64,000 nucleotides of DNA from Geopsychrobacteraceae bacterium (GTDB lineage: Bacteria > Desulfobacterota > Desulfuromonadia > Desulfuromonadales > Geopsychrobacteraceae): assembly GCA_963662315.1 (NCBI GenBank), contig OY759353.1, forward strand, positions 4,645,196 to 4,709,195. The letters run 5' to 3'. The translations under genes and the position numbers were made by a program. The stretch's first letter is position 1; each line of letters begins with the position of its first letter. This document shows, piece after piece, positions 18,591 through 28,175 of the stretch. Under the pieces are notes generated by a model that ran no database searches, was not told the DNA's origin, and saw nothing but the letters and a program-made list of their open reading frames with translations.

Positions 18591-21579
18591 GATTCCTCTT
18601 CTTTGAGGATAGAGGTAATTGCGCGCCTCCGTCCGTTTCCTGGCCGATGGCAATGATGCCGGTGATCTTGCCATTGGCGGCAAAGGCCGGTCGGGTTGAC
18701 CAGCGCAAGGTGAGCAGGGACTGATCGGTTGCCTGAACCCGAGTGGTAATGCTCTGCACTGATTCCGCTTTCAACAGTTCCTGCAGCTCGGCTGCGACCT
18801 CGGATCGGTCCACGTCAGGGATAAACTGCTCGACAAAATCCCGGCCGATGATGTTTTCCCGCTTGCAGCCCAAGCGTTTTTCGGCGGCTGGGTTGAACTC
18901 CTGGATCTGTCCGTTCGTCGACAGGCCGATAATGATTGCCGGAATGGTCTGCAGCAGGGCATTGAACATTTCACCCGAAGCGCGCAATTCTGCTTCCAGG
19001 TGTTTCGCTTTAGTAATATCGGAAAAGGTCATGACCACGCCTTCGATCCGGTTATCCGTTGTTCGGTAGGGCATGATGCGCACCGTGAACCAGCGACCGT
19101 CGTTGGCGGTAACTTGCCTTTCACAGTATACCAGCGTGCGCAGTACCTCCTGGGCATCCGCCGGCAATTCCGGATAACGCAGCTCGCTGGACAGGTCGGT
19201 CAGCGGTCGCCCGATATCCCCGGCGATCAGCTTGAAGAGTTTGTTCGCGCCGGGGGTGAAGCGTTTGATCCTGAGTTCGTCATCGAGAAACAGGGTGATG
19301 ATTTCGGTGCTGTTCAACAGGTTCTGCATGTCATTGTTGATTCGCTCCAGCGTGTCCACCTTGGATGCCTGCTCGGCATTGACCGTCTGCAACTCTTCGT
19401 TCATCGACTGCATCTCTTCCTTGGAGGTGGTTAGCTCCTCGTTGGTCGATTGCAGCTCCTCGTTGGTCGATTGCAGCTCCTCGTTCATCGATTTGAGCTC
19501 TTCCTGCGAACTTTGCATCCCCTCGCGAGTGGACTGCAGTTCCTCCTGGCTCTGTTTTAATTCCTGCTCCAGTTCGGCGATTCTGGTGTTTGTAGCAGCC
19601 CCTGCTTTGACGCGTGCGGCCTTTTTTGCCGCCGGCACCGACTCCATTTCCCTAAAAATCACCAATACCATCCCCTTAAGGGCTTCCGGGGATTTGAGCG
19701 GCTGGACACTCAGTTCCAGAAGTTGCGGCTCTTTACTGATAATATCAACCTTGATCTTTTTGACAGTGACCGCATCCTGGTTCCGAACCGCCTTCTGAAA
19801 AGCGCTGGTCAGTTCAAAACGCAACCCGTCACGGGCCATGGCGAAGATGTTCCAGTTCACCTTTCCTGAGGCCGGTTCCAGATATTTACCGGTTCGTCCG
19901 CAGATGTAAATGATATCCCCCTGATCGGTGGTCAACACGGCCGGCGGACAATGGTCCCGCAGCAGCTTCTGTTCCACAAGGGACTGGAGGTTGGCTGGTT
20001 GGCGTGACATGTTTGTCTCCTTAGAGGGGGGCGATATGGCGGGGGGCAGCATGGCTGGGAAAACCTGGTTTCCCAAGCGCAGGACTGATTCCTGCCGCAT
20101 AAAGAGTCTTGACTTGGCTTGCGTTACGGCAAACATTGCCTGTAAATTCCCCACCGTTTCGGCGCTGCCCAAGAATAACAGGCCCTCTGGTTTGAGGCTG
20201 TAATGAAAGAGTTGCAGCAATCTTTTTTGCAGTTCTGGCTCCAGGTAGATGAGCAGGTTACGGCAGAGGAGAAGGTCCAGTTTGGTGAAGGGCGGATCCA
20301 TGACAATATTCTGGGTGGCAAAAGTGACCATCTCCCGGACCTTCTTCTTAATCCGGTAGCCGCCCTCTTCCTGGATGAAAAAGCGCTGCAGCCGATCGTT
20401 GGAAACCTGCGCGGCGATATTGACCCGGTATAATCCCTGCCGGGCCTGATCGATGGCGTCCTGATCCAGGTCGGTGGCGAAGATCTGCAGGCTGTATTTC
20501 GCCTGCAATTTAAATTTGTCCAGCGCCTCAATAAAAATGATGGCCAGTGAATAGGCTTCTTCGCCAGTCGAACAGCCGGCCGACCAGGCGCGGAGGATGC
20601 CACCGTTGGGTTGTGCGCCCAGCAGCTTCAGAAGCGCTTTGTCGCGCAGTAGGTTCCACTCATCCGGATCGCGGAAAAAACTGGTCACGCCGATCAGCAG
20701 CTCCCGGAACAGCAGGTCGACCTCATTGGGATTCTCCTGCAGATAACGGACGTAGTCGGCAATCCGGTTCAGCTGATAAATCCCCATGCGACGTTCGATG
20801 CGGCGATACAGGGTGCTCTTCTTGTACAGGGAAAAATCATGGCCGGTCCTACTCCGCAACAGGATGATGACCTTTTCCAGAGCGCTCTGTTCTTTCTCGA
20901 TTAAGTCCGGTTGTGGACCGACGAGACGGGGAATATGGCGGAGATAGGTGTCGATTTTGCCGGGCATTTCCTCGGCCGGGGCGACGATATCGGCCAGTCC
21001 GGCAGAAATGGCACTGCGCGGCATACTGTCGAACTTGGCGGAAACAGGATCCTGCACTACTACTAGCCCCCCTTTCTCCTTGATCGCCCGCAGTCCCTGG
21101 GTGCCGTCGGTGCCCATCCCCGACAGAATGACCCCGATACTTAATTGCTGTTGATCGTCGGCTAGGGACCGGAAGAAGATATCGATCGGCAGGCGCAGCC
21201 CTCGCGGTGCCTCCGGTTCGAACAAGTGCAGAACGCCGTGCAGGATCGACATGTTCTTGTTGGGGGGGATGACGTAAACCCGGTTCGGCTGCACCTGCAT
21301 TCGATCTTCCACCTGGCAAACCGTCATCCCGGTGGCGCGTTGCAGCAGTTCGGGCATAACCCCTTTGTGGGTTGGATCGAGATGCTGAATGATAATGAAG
21401 GCAATACCGCAATTCTCCGGCACTTGCCGCAGAAATTGTTCCAAGGCCTCCAGCCCGCCTGCCGAAGCTCCAACCCCGGCAATGGGAAAACTTGCCTTCG
21501 CGGTTTGCACAGTGGAGTTTTCTTTGGGCTTATCGGTAGAATTTTTAGGGGTGTCGCCCCGGAGGGTTGATTTCTTCAT
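18577..21579 (-). CDS. CheB-CheR-coiled coil-PAS fusion (MAC1-type), no output domain
   Basis: CheB GASAGG / QH / GMGTDG triad; CheR WSAGCSTGEEAYS, ATDLD, CRNLLIY; ELQSTNEELQSTNEEL heptads; C-terminal PAS domains. Confidence 0.93.
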   Translation of the reverse strand: MKKSTLRGDTPKNSTDKPKENSTVQTAKASFPIAGVGASAGGLEALEQFLRQVPENCGIAFIIIQHLDPTHKGVMPELLQRATGMTVCQVEDRMQVQPNRVYVIPPNKNMSILHGVLHLFEPEAPRGLRLPIDIFFRSLADDQQQLSIGVILSGMGTDGTQGLRAIKEKGGLVVVQDPVSAKFDSMPRSAISAGLADIVAPAEEMPGKIDTYLRHIPRLVGPQPDLIEKEQSALEKVIILLRSRTGHDFSLYKKSTLYRRIERRMGIYQLNRIADYVRYLQENPNEVDLLFRELLIGVTSFFRDPDEWNLLRDKALLKLLGAQPNGGILRAWSAGCSTGEEAYSLAIIFIEALDKFKLQAKYSLQIFATDLDQDAIDQARQGLYRVNIAAQVSNDRLQRFFIQEEGGYRIKKKVREMVTFATQNIVMDPPFTKLDLLLCRNLLIYLEPELQKRLLQLFHYSLKPEGLLFLGSAETVGNLQAMFAVTQAKSRLFMRQESVLRLGNQVFPAMLPPAISPPSKETNMSRQPANLQSLVEQKLLRDHCPPAVLTTDQGDIIYICGRTGKYLEPASGKVNWNIFAMARDGLRFELTSAFQKAVRNQDAVTVKKIKVDIISKEPQLLELSVQPLKSPEALKGMVLVIFREMESVPAAKKAARVKAGAATNTRIAELEQELKQSQEELQSTREGMQSSQEELKSMNEELQSTNEELQSTNEELTTSKEEMQSMNEELQTVNAEQASKVDTLERINNDMQNLLNSTEIITLFLDDELRIKRFTPGANKLFKLIAGDIGRPLTDLSSELRYPELPADAQEVLRTLVYCERQVTANDGRWFTVRIMPYRTTDNRIEGVVMTFSDITKAKHLEAELRASGEMFNALLQTIPAIIIGLSTNGQIQEFNPAAEKRLGCKRENIIGRDFVEQFIPDVDRSEVAAELQELLKAESVQSITTRVQATDQSLLTLRWSTRPAFAANGKITGIIAIGQETDGGAQLPLSSKKRNHVQE

Positions 21580-21786
21580 ACCACCATTTATATCATTTTC
21601 TTAAATATTTACCTGCATTATTCGAGATAATGCGGGGGCACTGGGCTCCCGCTTAAGACACTTTTTACAAAAATGACTGCTCCCGTCATGGTAAGACATC
21701 GCGCCAGACTTTTCTTTGCTAAAATAAAAACAATAAAGAACTTACATTTTAAAGAGCTATTCTTTTTAATACATAGGCCATGAACT

Positions 21787-22425
21787 ATGGAGCAGCGTTA
21801 TTACCGATCGACCCAAATTGCCAACATTGCTTCCCCGGCGGTCGGTTTTATTCTGAGTATTCCCGGACTGGTTGCTCTCATCTTACAGGCTGTTCGCAAT
21901 GGGAATGGCCTGCACCTCCTCACTTTTCTCATCTTCGGCTTAAGCCTGGTCATCTCCTACGCGGTGTTTACTCTATATCATATCTTTAAATACCATGCCC
22001 GCTGGGGAAAGCTGTTCAAAATCCTTGATCACGCAACAATCTATCTTCTCATCGCCGGAACCTACACCCCCTTTACCCTGATTTTCCTACGCGGACGCTG
22101 GGGCTGGACCCTGTTTGGGCTCACCTGGGGAATCGCTGTGCTGGGAATTATTTTCAAAGTTTTTTACATCTATCGTTATAAGATAATGGGGCCGCTGGTC
22201 TACCTTGCGATGGGCTGGCTACTTATTTTAGCCATCAAACCTGCCGTTGAATTGATCCCCAGAAACGGATTACTGCTGCTGTTGGCGGGGGGGCTGTTTT
22301 ACAGTTTTGGGCTAATTTTTTACGCCTGGAAGCGGCTGCGCTTTCATCATGCGATCTGGCATCTCTTTGTTTTGGCGGGCAGTTCCTGTCACTATGCCGC
22401 GGTCTATTTTCATGCCATTCACTGA
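21787..22425 (+). CDS. Hemolysin III / PAQR (TrhA-like) membrane protein
   Basis: DHATIYLLIAGTYTPF and HAIWHLFVLAG motifs. Confidence 0.92.
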   Translation: MEQRYYRSTQIANIASPAVGFILSIPGLVALILQAVRNGNGLHLLTFLIFGLSLVISYAVFTLYHIFKYHARWGKLFKILDHATIYLLIAGTYTPFTLIFLRGRWGWTLFGLTWGIAVLGIIFKVFYIYRYKIMGPLVYLAMGWLLILAIKPAVELIPRNGLLLLLAGGLFYSFGLIFYAWKRLRFHHAIWHLFVLAGSSCHYAAVYFHAIH

Positions 22426-22806
22426 TCATGGCGCTTGTGGTTGCAAGCTTTCACACATGAACACACCCTTTGATGATATGAAGACCCCGCTTTTCAAAGA
22501 ATTGCCACATAGGCTATTTTGCCCTGATTTTGGGAGCAAAGTCCCAAGTATGCCAACCAGCCTCTTCAGTCGACGACCTGGTTGAGTTCACTTTCCAGCC
22601 CAAATAATCCGAACCCTGCATGATCAGACTGGGCGGGTCTTCGCTGGCATGCTAGTAGCCTTTTGAATTTTTGAAAAAAAGAGTTGGCGGCATCACCAGC
22701 AGGAACCTTTGCTAGCAGGTGGTATTCATTGCCGATTCCTCTCCGCATAGATGCATTCAATTTGACCGTTGAATTTAAGCATAACATCCAAGTATCAGTT
22801 TGTCTT

Positions 22807-23019
22807 TCAACTGGGATTGTTTTTAAAGGATTCGACATTGATCGGCAGACTTTTCAACGTTGGCTCGTAGAAGATAACCGTTTTCACCGGATGGGAGGTG
22901 ACCGAGTCGTCGATATGCTGGCCAGGGCTTTCTGACTTAGTGGTAAATGCACATCCCGTGAAGGCGGCGACCTGAACCTGGCCATCGAGAAATGCCTTAA
23001 AGCGGTTAATTATGAACAT
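22807..23019 (-). pseudogene. Truncated BON lipoprotein copy
   Basis: AAFTGCA...DDSVT...EPTLKSLPINVESFK then stop; paralog of 10420-10734. Confidence 0.8.
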
Positions 23020-23089
23020 GACAATCTCCTTTTTGTCTGTAGCAATTGTGTCCTTATTGCTTTGCCGTTATGTGGCGTCTCGAATTCGT

Positions 23090-23410
23090 TTATCCTCTAA
23101 GTGCTGTCAGCGCCTCCACATCATCCGTAGCGATGATTGTGTTGACCCTGATTTCCGGCTCCATCGAGAGCAGTTTCATCGCTCCTTGCAAAATCTTGAA
23201 ATATCCGGATCTGAGATGGGTCGTGAAGGCCTCATTGGTTTTCCATTCCTGTGTGAAGATAACAACATCTTCTGCCTCGACATCCAGGTAGCAGTGGCAA
23301 CTTACGCAGCCCTGTTCGTGGCGAATCTGGTCAAGCAGACTCTTGATGGTGCCTAAAACTTCATTGCGCTTATCCTCAGACACCGTCATCTTGATAATGA
23401 CATCGACCAT
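23090..23410 (-). CDS. ABM-family protein
   Basis: MVDVIIKMTVS...EWKTNEAFTTHLRSGYF; AGGAG RBS. Confidence 0.8.
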   Translation of the reverse strand: MVDVIIKMTVSEDKRNEVLGTIKSLLDQIRHEQGCVSCHCYLDVEAEDVVIFTQEWKTNEAFTTHLRSGYFKILQGAMKLLSMEPEIRVNTIIATDDVEALTALRG

Positions 23411-23486
23411 CGGCTCACTCCTTTGGAATAAAGAGTTGGATAGCAACTATCCCCGCAGCTTGAAGGCAGGGAATTGATTGAGAAGG

Positions 23487-23633
23487 CTAAAATGGTTCAG
23501 CAGTCACCACACCACGACAATGACCACAACGGCAGAATGGCCTTGATGGACCCCGCCATGGGGATGAAGCGGTTGACCAGCCCGAGCAGAAACCGATCAC
23601 GATCAGGACTATAACAACTTGAATGAATGGCAT
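23487..23633 (-). pseudogene. Frameshifted small membrane protein (Thivi_2564-like)
   Basis: MPFIQVVIVLIVIG and LLGLVNRFIPMAGSIKAIL lie in different frames. Confidence 0.65.
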
Positions 23634-23669
23634 GAACGCAAACTCCTCCCTCTTCGTTGTTAAATGCTG

Positions 23670-23819
23670 GAGGCAGGTCATTTTCAGGATGAACCGGATC
23701 ACCAGAATCAGACCGTATCCACACCGTGGACGACAACCTCAGTTCCGGCGGATAGCCCGTACGGGCATGGAACTGAGAAGCAGCAAAACAATGATGGCTA
23801 TCAACGGTGTTCCTAGCAG
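23670..23819 (-). pseudogene. Decayed DUF3309 copy
   Basis: (CTG)LGTPLIAIIVLLLLSSMP...RRN*GCRPRCGYGLILVI; start lost and TGA where 11289-11444 has Trp. Confidence 0.7.
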
Positions 23820-23860
23820 GGTCGTTCTCCTTTAAAAGATTGATCTATGATAAATGGATC

Positions 23861-24005
23861 GCAATTCGCGTGCCGGAGATGAACCTGCGCAGATGTGCAT
23901 GTAAGAGCCTGTCAGGACATGGAAAATCAAATGAAGTTCCGATAAGATGAATAAAAAACCGTTACCGGATACCGTCGCATTTAACGCAACCGTCAGATAT
24001 GGCAG
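23861..24005 (-). promoter_or_regulatory. Sigma-54 promoter (23861-23875) with tandem activator site C (23972-24005)
   Basis: CGGCAC-GCGAA-TTGC; ccGTCGCATTTAAC-gcaacc-GTCAGATATGGCag 97 bp upstream. Confidence 0.8.
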
Positions 24006-24059
24006 TTCCGGATGAGGTCTGAATAAGGAGAGGACCTTCACCGGCACCCCTTAAGGGAT

Positions 24060-24656
24060 TCATTTGACTTTATGTTGCAGATATCGGGTGCGGAGTAATA
24101 TGTCCCACAGCGGTGTGGTGACACCGAAATTGCTATCGGGGTGAAAATGATGGATGTGATGTTTGGCAGCCCAACGTCGAGTCAGTCCTCGGCGAAAATG
24201 GCTGTGATGGATCATGAAGTGGCTCAGCCCGTAGGTGACATAGCCAAAGGCAATGGTGCCGGTCAACAGAAACGCATAACCGGTCGGCATTAGCAAAACA
24301 CATATCCCGACCAGTCCCAATAGTATCAGCGCTGGCAGAAAGAAGGGGATACTGTCGTAACCTAACGGATTTTCGTGATGGGCGCGGTGCCCCTCTACCA
24401 TGACCCGAATTGATCCATGAAACATCCAGCGGTGAAAGAAGTACTCAAAAAAGCTGAAAACAAACAGGCCCGTCAGGAACGTGAGTAATGCTAAAACCGG
24501 ATGATCGTCAAAGGATTGCAATCCAGCGCCAACCAGAAAAATACCAAGCGGAAGATCGAGAACGAATTCACCCCAGTAGTTTGCCGGAGTCCGTGACAGT
24601 TTCAAGATACGGACCCGCACGGCAGCAAGCAACCCCTGGTTTATTGGTTCCTGCAT
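24060..24656 (-). CDS. Sterol desaturase / fatty acid hydroxylase family protein
   Basis: His boxes HRWMFH, HRAHH, HFMIHH, HHIHH; NFGVTTPLWD. Confidence 0.9.
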   Translation of the reverse strand: MQEPINQGLLAAVRVRILKLSRTPANYWGEFVLDLPLGIFLVGAGLQSFDDHPVLALLTFLTGLFVFSFFEYFFHRWMFHGSIRVMVEGHRAHHENPLGYDSIPFFLPALILLGLVGICVLLMPTGYAFLLTGTIAFGYVTYGLSHFMIHHSHFRRGLTRRWAAKHHIHHFHPDSNFGVTTPLWDILLRTRYLQHKVK

Positions 24657-25034
24657 AGATCTTGATCCTTCCTGCTACAAACGCTAGTTATGTGGCTTTG
24701 TTCTGTCTGACCGGTCAGGTTCTAAAACTTGATCTGCAGCGCGCCGGCACAGAGCAGGAACGACAACAAGTCATCCAACAGTGTCTGATTGAGGTCGCCC
24801 GCTTTCAGAACTGGCGCAATTTCGGACTGTCCGATATCGATACCGAGCAGCCCAGAACCACAACCCCCAGAGAGATCACCAAGGCAATGCCAATGATGTT
24901 CTTTTTCCATTTTATCGGTGTTGGAGTCTGCTCGTCCCAATGGGCTAATTATTAGTATGGCTCCTATGCCCATGGGGGTGACGTACTTGCAGGCACCTGA
25001 GGCAGGTTATAACCGTTTCTTCAGACCGATACGA

Positions 25035-25420
25035 TTATTCTTTGGTTGCTTCAATAAGCTGCTTGTGCCCTTCAGGACGCTCTGGCTCGGCGGCCAATTG
25101 AAAGTAGCGGGCTGCTCGGTTTCCCGATCCTGTTGGCTGACGGTAGCGAACCAACAGCGCTTTAATTTCATAGCTTTTCCCTCCCCCGGTATGCTTATCT
25201 CTGTCGCTAAAAAGGATTTTGTCGGAATCGACTGTCTTCAGCGGAATGGACAGGCAGAAATTGTACACAGGAACTTCATGGCACTTCTTCTTAAGGACAA
25301 GGTTGCCGTTTAGAAGTTTATGTTCAGAATCATTTTTGTTGCCGGCAGTTATGAGTTTGTCCTTGTAGTGTTGTGGGATGATTCCCCACGCACCTTGCCA
25401 GATTTCGTGGTTTTTTTTAA
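25035..25420 (-). pseudogene. Start-less paralog of 12600-12989
   Basis: EIWQGAWGIIPQHYKDKLI...YFQL...EGHKQLIEATKE is one frame, but has an in-frame TAG and no start upstream of an A8 run. Confidence 0.7.
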
Positions 25421-25443
25421 GCTATCGCGGCCTCTCATGATGA

Positions 25444-26616
25444 TCAACAGGGACGCTTCTCAGGATATTCCAGTACGACCCGGTAAGCATCCATCGAGCG
25501 ACTGAGAAAAGCCTGAGCCGAGCCCCAGAGATAAAGCCGAAAACGCCGATAAAGCGGCTCTCCCCAACGACGAACAATCACTTCCCTGGCTGCTTCCAGA
25601 TTTTCCGCCCAAGCCCTGCAGGTGAGGTAGTAGTTATGCCGATCGTTATGAACCTCCAGCACCTCCAGCGGGCTTTTTGCCACTTTGGTCAGAAATTCGT
25701 GCAGGCAGAAGTAGGCGTGGTCGCCCGGAAAGATATAGCGGGACACGTAGCTGGGCTTGGAATACTTTTCGCGAAAGGCGCTGGCGTCGAGATAGACGCG
25801 TCCCCCGGGTTTCAGCAACTGCTGCAGATGCTTAAGCACACCCGCATAGTTGGGCAGATGCTCCATCACACCAAGAATAACAATGGCATCGTATGGTTCC
25901 GGCGTTGTGTGTTCCCAAAAGTCTCGGTTAAGCACTTGGCAGGGTAGCTGCTGCCGCGCGATCAGATCGGCCAGGTAGATTTCCGACTGTTTGGAAATTG
26001 TCAGAGAGGTGACCCGGACGCCACGTCGCCCGGCGTGCTCGGTGAAACTGCCCCAGCCACCGCCGACATCCAGTACCCGATCACCAGCTTTCAGGCGGCA
26101 GGCGTCGATGGCAAAATCAAGTTTGCGTCGCTGAGCGCTTTCCAGATGTTCTGCATCGTCAGCGAAGATCGCTTGCGAATAACAGCGGGTCGGGTCCATG
26201 AAGCTAAGGTAAAACTCGTTGCTGAAGTCATAATGGCCGGCGATCGCCTTTCGATCGGTCTGCACCCGACCGACAAATAGCGGCATGATCCGCTGCCACA
26301 GGGCGTGCAGGGGATGATGATCTTTCAACAGGCCGCGCAGGCTGGCGAATCCCAGCATGTCGCCTTTGACATCCAGACTGCCGGACAGATAGGCTTCACA
26401 GATTTTCAGCTCATCCAGACGCAGCAGCGCCGCCAGCCCCCGGCGGTCTTCAACCAGGATCTCGACGGCCGGCTCGCCTTTGCCCAGCCGATAGACATGG
26501 TCCCCCCATAAACGAATTTCGATCGGGAGCGACAGCCGGTCGGCGATCCGTTTTTGGATTACTCGGAAGATCCTGTCGTAGCCTGTCGCTGTTGTCGTCT
26601 CGACACAGAGTCCCAT
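25444..26616 (-). CDS. Cyclopropane-fatty-acyl-phospholipid synthase-like SAM methyltransferase
   Basis: HYDFSNEFY, YSQA, VLDVGGGWG, GVMEH, YIFPG motifs. Confidence 0.88.
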   Translation of the reverse strand: MGLCVETTTATGYDRIFRVIQKRIADRLSLPIEIRLWGDHVYRLGKGEPAVEILVEDRRGLAALLRLDELKICEAYLSGSLDVKGDMLGFASLRGLLKDHHPLHALWQRIMPLFVGRVQTDRKAIAGHYDFSNEFYLSFMDPTRCYSQAIFADDAEHLESAQRRKLDFAIDACRLKAGDRVLDVGGGWGSFTEHAGRRGVRVTSLTISKQSEIYLADLIARQQLPCQVLNRDFWEHTTPEPYDAIVILGVMEHLPNYAGVLKHLQQLLKPGGRVYLDASAFREKYSKPSYVSRYIFPGDHAYFCLHEFLTKVAKSPLEVLEVHNDRHNYYLTCRAWAENLEAAREVIVRRWGEPLYRRFRLYLWGSAQAFLSRSMDAYRVVLEYPEKRPC

Positions 26617-26684
26617 CGATGTACCTTTCTGAAAATTGACGATTCTGTGGGGAGTAACCGCCCACATATTCAGTCATGTATGTC

Positions 26685-26828
26685 GCAATGAGCATGCCAG
26701 AGGGGGCAACAGACTCTCATTTTCTAAGGAACTGATCGTATTAAAGAAATTCGCGCTACAGTGATAGTGAGAGCAATGTTTATCCGGGGATAGGCTGTCA
26801 TATTTAACAGATATGTCGTATTTGATGG
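26685..26828 (-). promoter_or_regulatory. Sigma-54 promoter (26685-26699) with tandem activator site F (26795-26828)
   Basis: TGGCAT-GCTCA-TTGC; ctGTCATATTTAAC-agatat-GTCGTATTTGATgg 96 bp upstream. Confidence 0.8.
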
Positions 26829-27096
26829 GTTCTTGGTGGACGATGTTGGCAGTTTTGTTTTATGGGCGGAGGAGAAACTATGGAAGGGCAGGCAGAAGCA
26901 TATGCCACTTTCATAGTCGTGAGCTGGCAAATCTTGGACTCTTCCCTTTCGGTCAGGTCGGTCCAGGTTTGGATTGCAGCACATTGAATGAATGCGGCAT
27001 AAACCTGAAGAGCTTAGCAGTGATGACATTCTCCTTGGTCGAACCGTATGCAGGTCAGGTTGTCTCGGCGCGACTAGTTCAAGAGATTTTGGCAGC

Positions 27097-27207
27097 TTAT
27101 TTCCTACGTAGCCTGCTAATAACCATGATCAACAGAGCTCCAACGAAGATGCCGACCACCGTCCAAATGACAATTCCACCACCCATCCATTCAGTTATCT
27201 GATTCAT
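27097..27207 (-). CDS. 36-aa single-TM protein
   Basis: MNQITEWMGGGIVIWTVVGIFVGALLIMVISRLRRK; AAGGAG RBS. Confidence 0.6.
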   Translation of the reverse strand: MNQITEWMGGGIVIWTVVGIFVGALLIMVISRLRRK

Positions 27208-27352
27208 CAGCAAGCTCCTTTCGCTAGTTAACATTCAGGCACGACCGGCCTGGTCCCAAGAGAGCTATGTGGGATTTCCATTACTCTATCCAACGTGTTT
27301 AAAACACCAACGACAAGTCGCTTGTCCTGAACAAAACAAGTTTGCATCATCC

Positions 27353-28123
27353 TCAATGTTCCTGTTTTTTGGCTCTCTTTTCATCGAGCCAGTAACCTTT
27401 ACGGTCGTAAAGCCGGTAGAGTATCGCCTCATACTCTCTGGTCAGTAGCGACTCCCTGGTATATTCCGGAGACTGCCTGACAACATCCTGGGGAAGGCTG
27501 ACAAAAACTTTCGATTCCAGCCAACTCACCCGCTCGATCCACTGAGGAGCGATGAGCACCATTTTCCCCTGCCGCCAGTTTCTGGTATCGATGATGAAGT
27601 AACGAATCGCCCATGTCTCGTCATCGATAATAAAGTCATCAACGTGGCCAATTTCGCCGTCAAGGACCTGAATGTGGTTGCCGGTTACATCATACGTACT
27701 GCGCAAAAATGGATCCCAGGTTTTTTCCTCCTGATTGGAATCTTTCAACTGCTCAGGATCACGCATAATAAAGGGATAACTCCCCCACATGTGAGGACCT
27801 CCCCAATAGTTCGGCCAGCCATAAAACCCGTAGTAAGCATCCTCAAACTGCCGTGAAACGGGCTTATCGCTGTCCAGAGAGGGGCTGTCTTCAATCTGGG
27901 CCTTGGTCAAATTGATTGCTATCCGGCGCTTTTCTTTGAACACAGATCCGAGCGCATAAGGGGAAATCAGAACCTGCCGATCCCTAAGCCAGTTTCCGGT
28001 GTTGGCAACTAGGTAGCGAATGGTCCAGTGCCGGTCATCGAAGTAAAATTCTTCGACCTTGCCGATTACGCCGTCAATACCGGACAATTTGTAACCTTTA
28101 AGCTGGTTTGCTTGGTAAAACAT
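27353..28123 (-). CDS. Double PRC-barrel domain protein
   Basis: Two DGxIGxVxxFxxDDxxWxIRY repeats. Confidence 0.88.
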   Translation of the reverse strand: MFYQANQLKGYKLSGIDGVIGKVEEFYFDDRHWTIRYLVANTGNWLRDRQVLISPYALGSVFKEKRRIAINLTKAQIEDSPSLDSDKPVSRQFEDAYYGFYGWPNYWGGPHMWGSYPFIMRDPEQLKDSNQEEKTWDPFLRSTYDVTGNHIQVLDGEIGHVDDFIIDDETWAIRYFIIDTRNWRQGKMVLIAPQWIERVSWLESKVFVSLPQDVVRQSPEYTRESLLTREYEAILYRLYDRKGYWLDEKRAKKQEH

Positions 28124-28175
28124 GCAGCTCTCTTTCCGTCGGCAACTGAGTCTGAGGAACATCCCCCGGGAGAAG

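Noticed and set aside
24722..24920. Possible decayed small membrane protein gene (KNIIGIALVIS...)
   Set aside because: Too degraded to assign by eye
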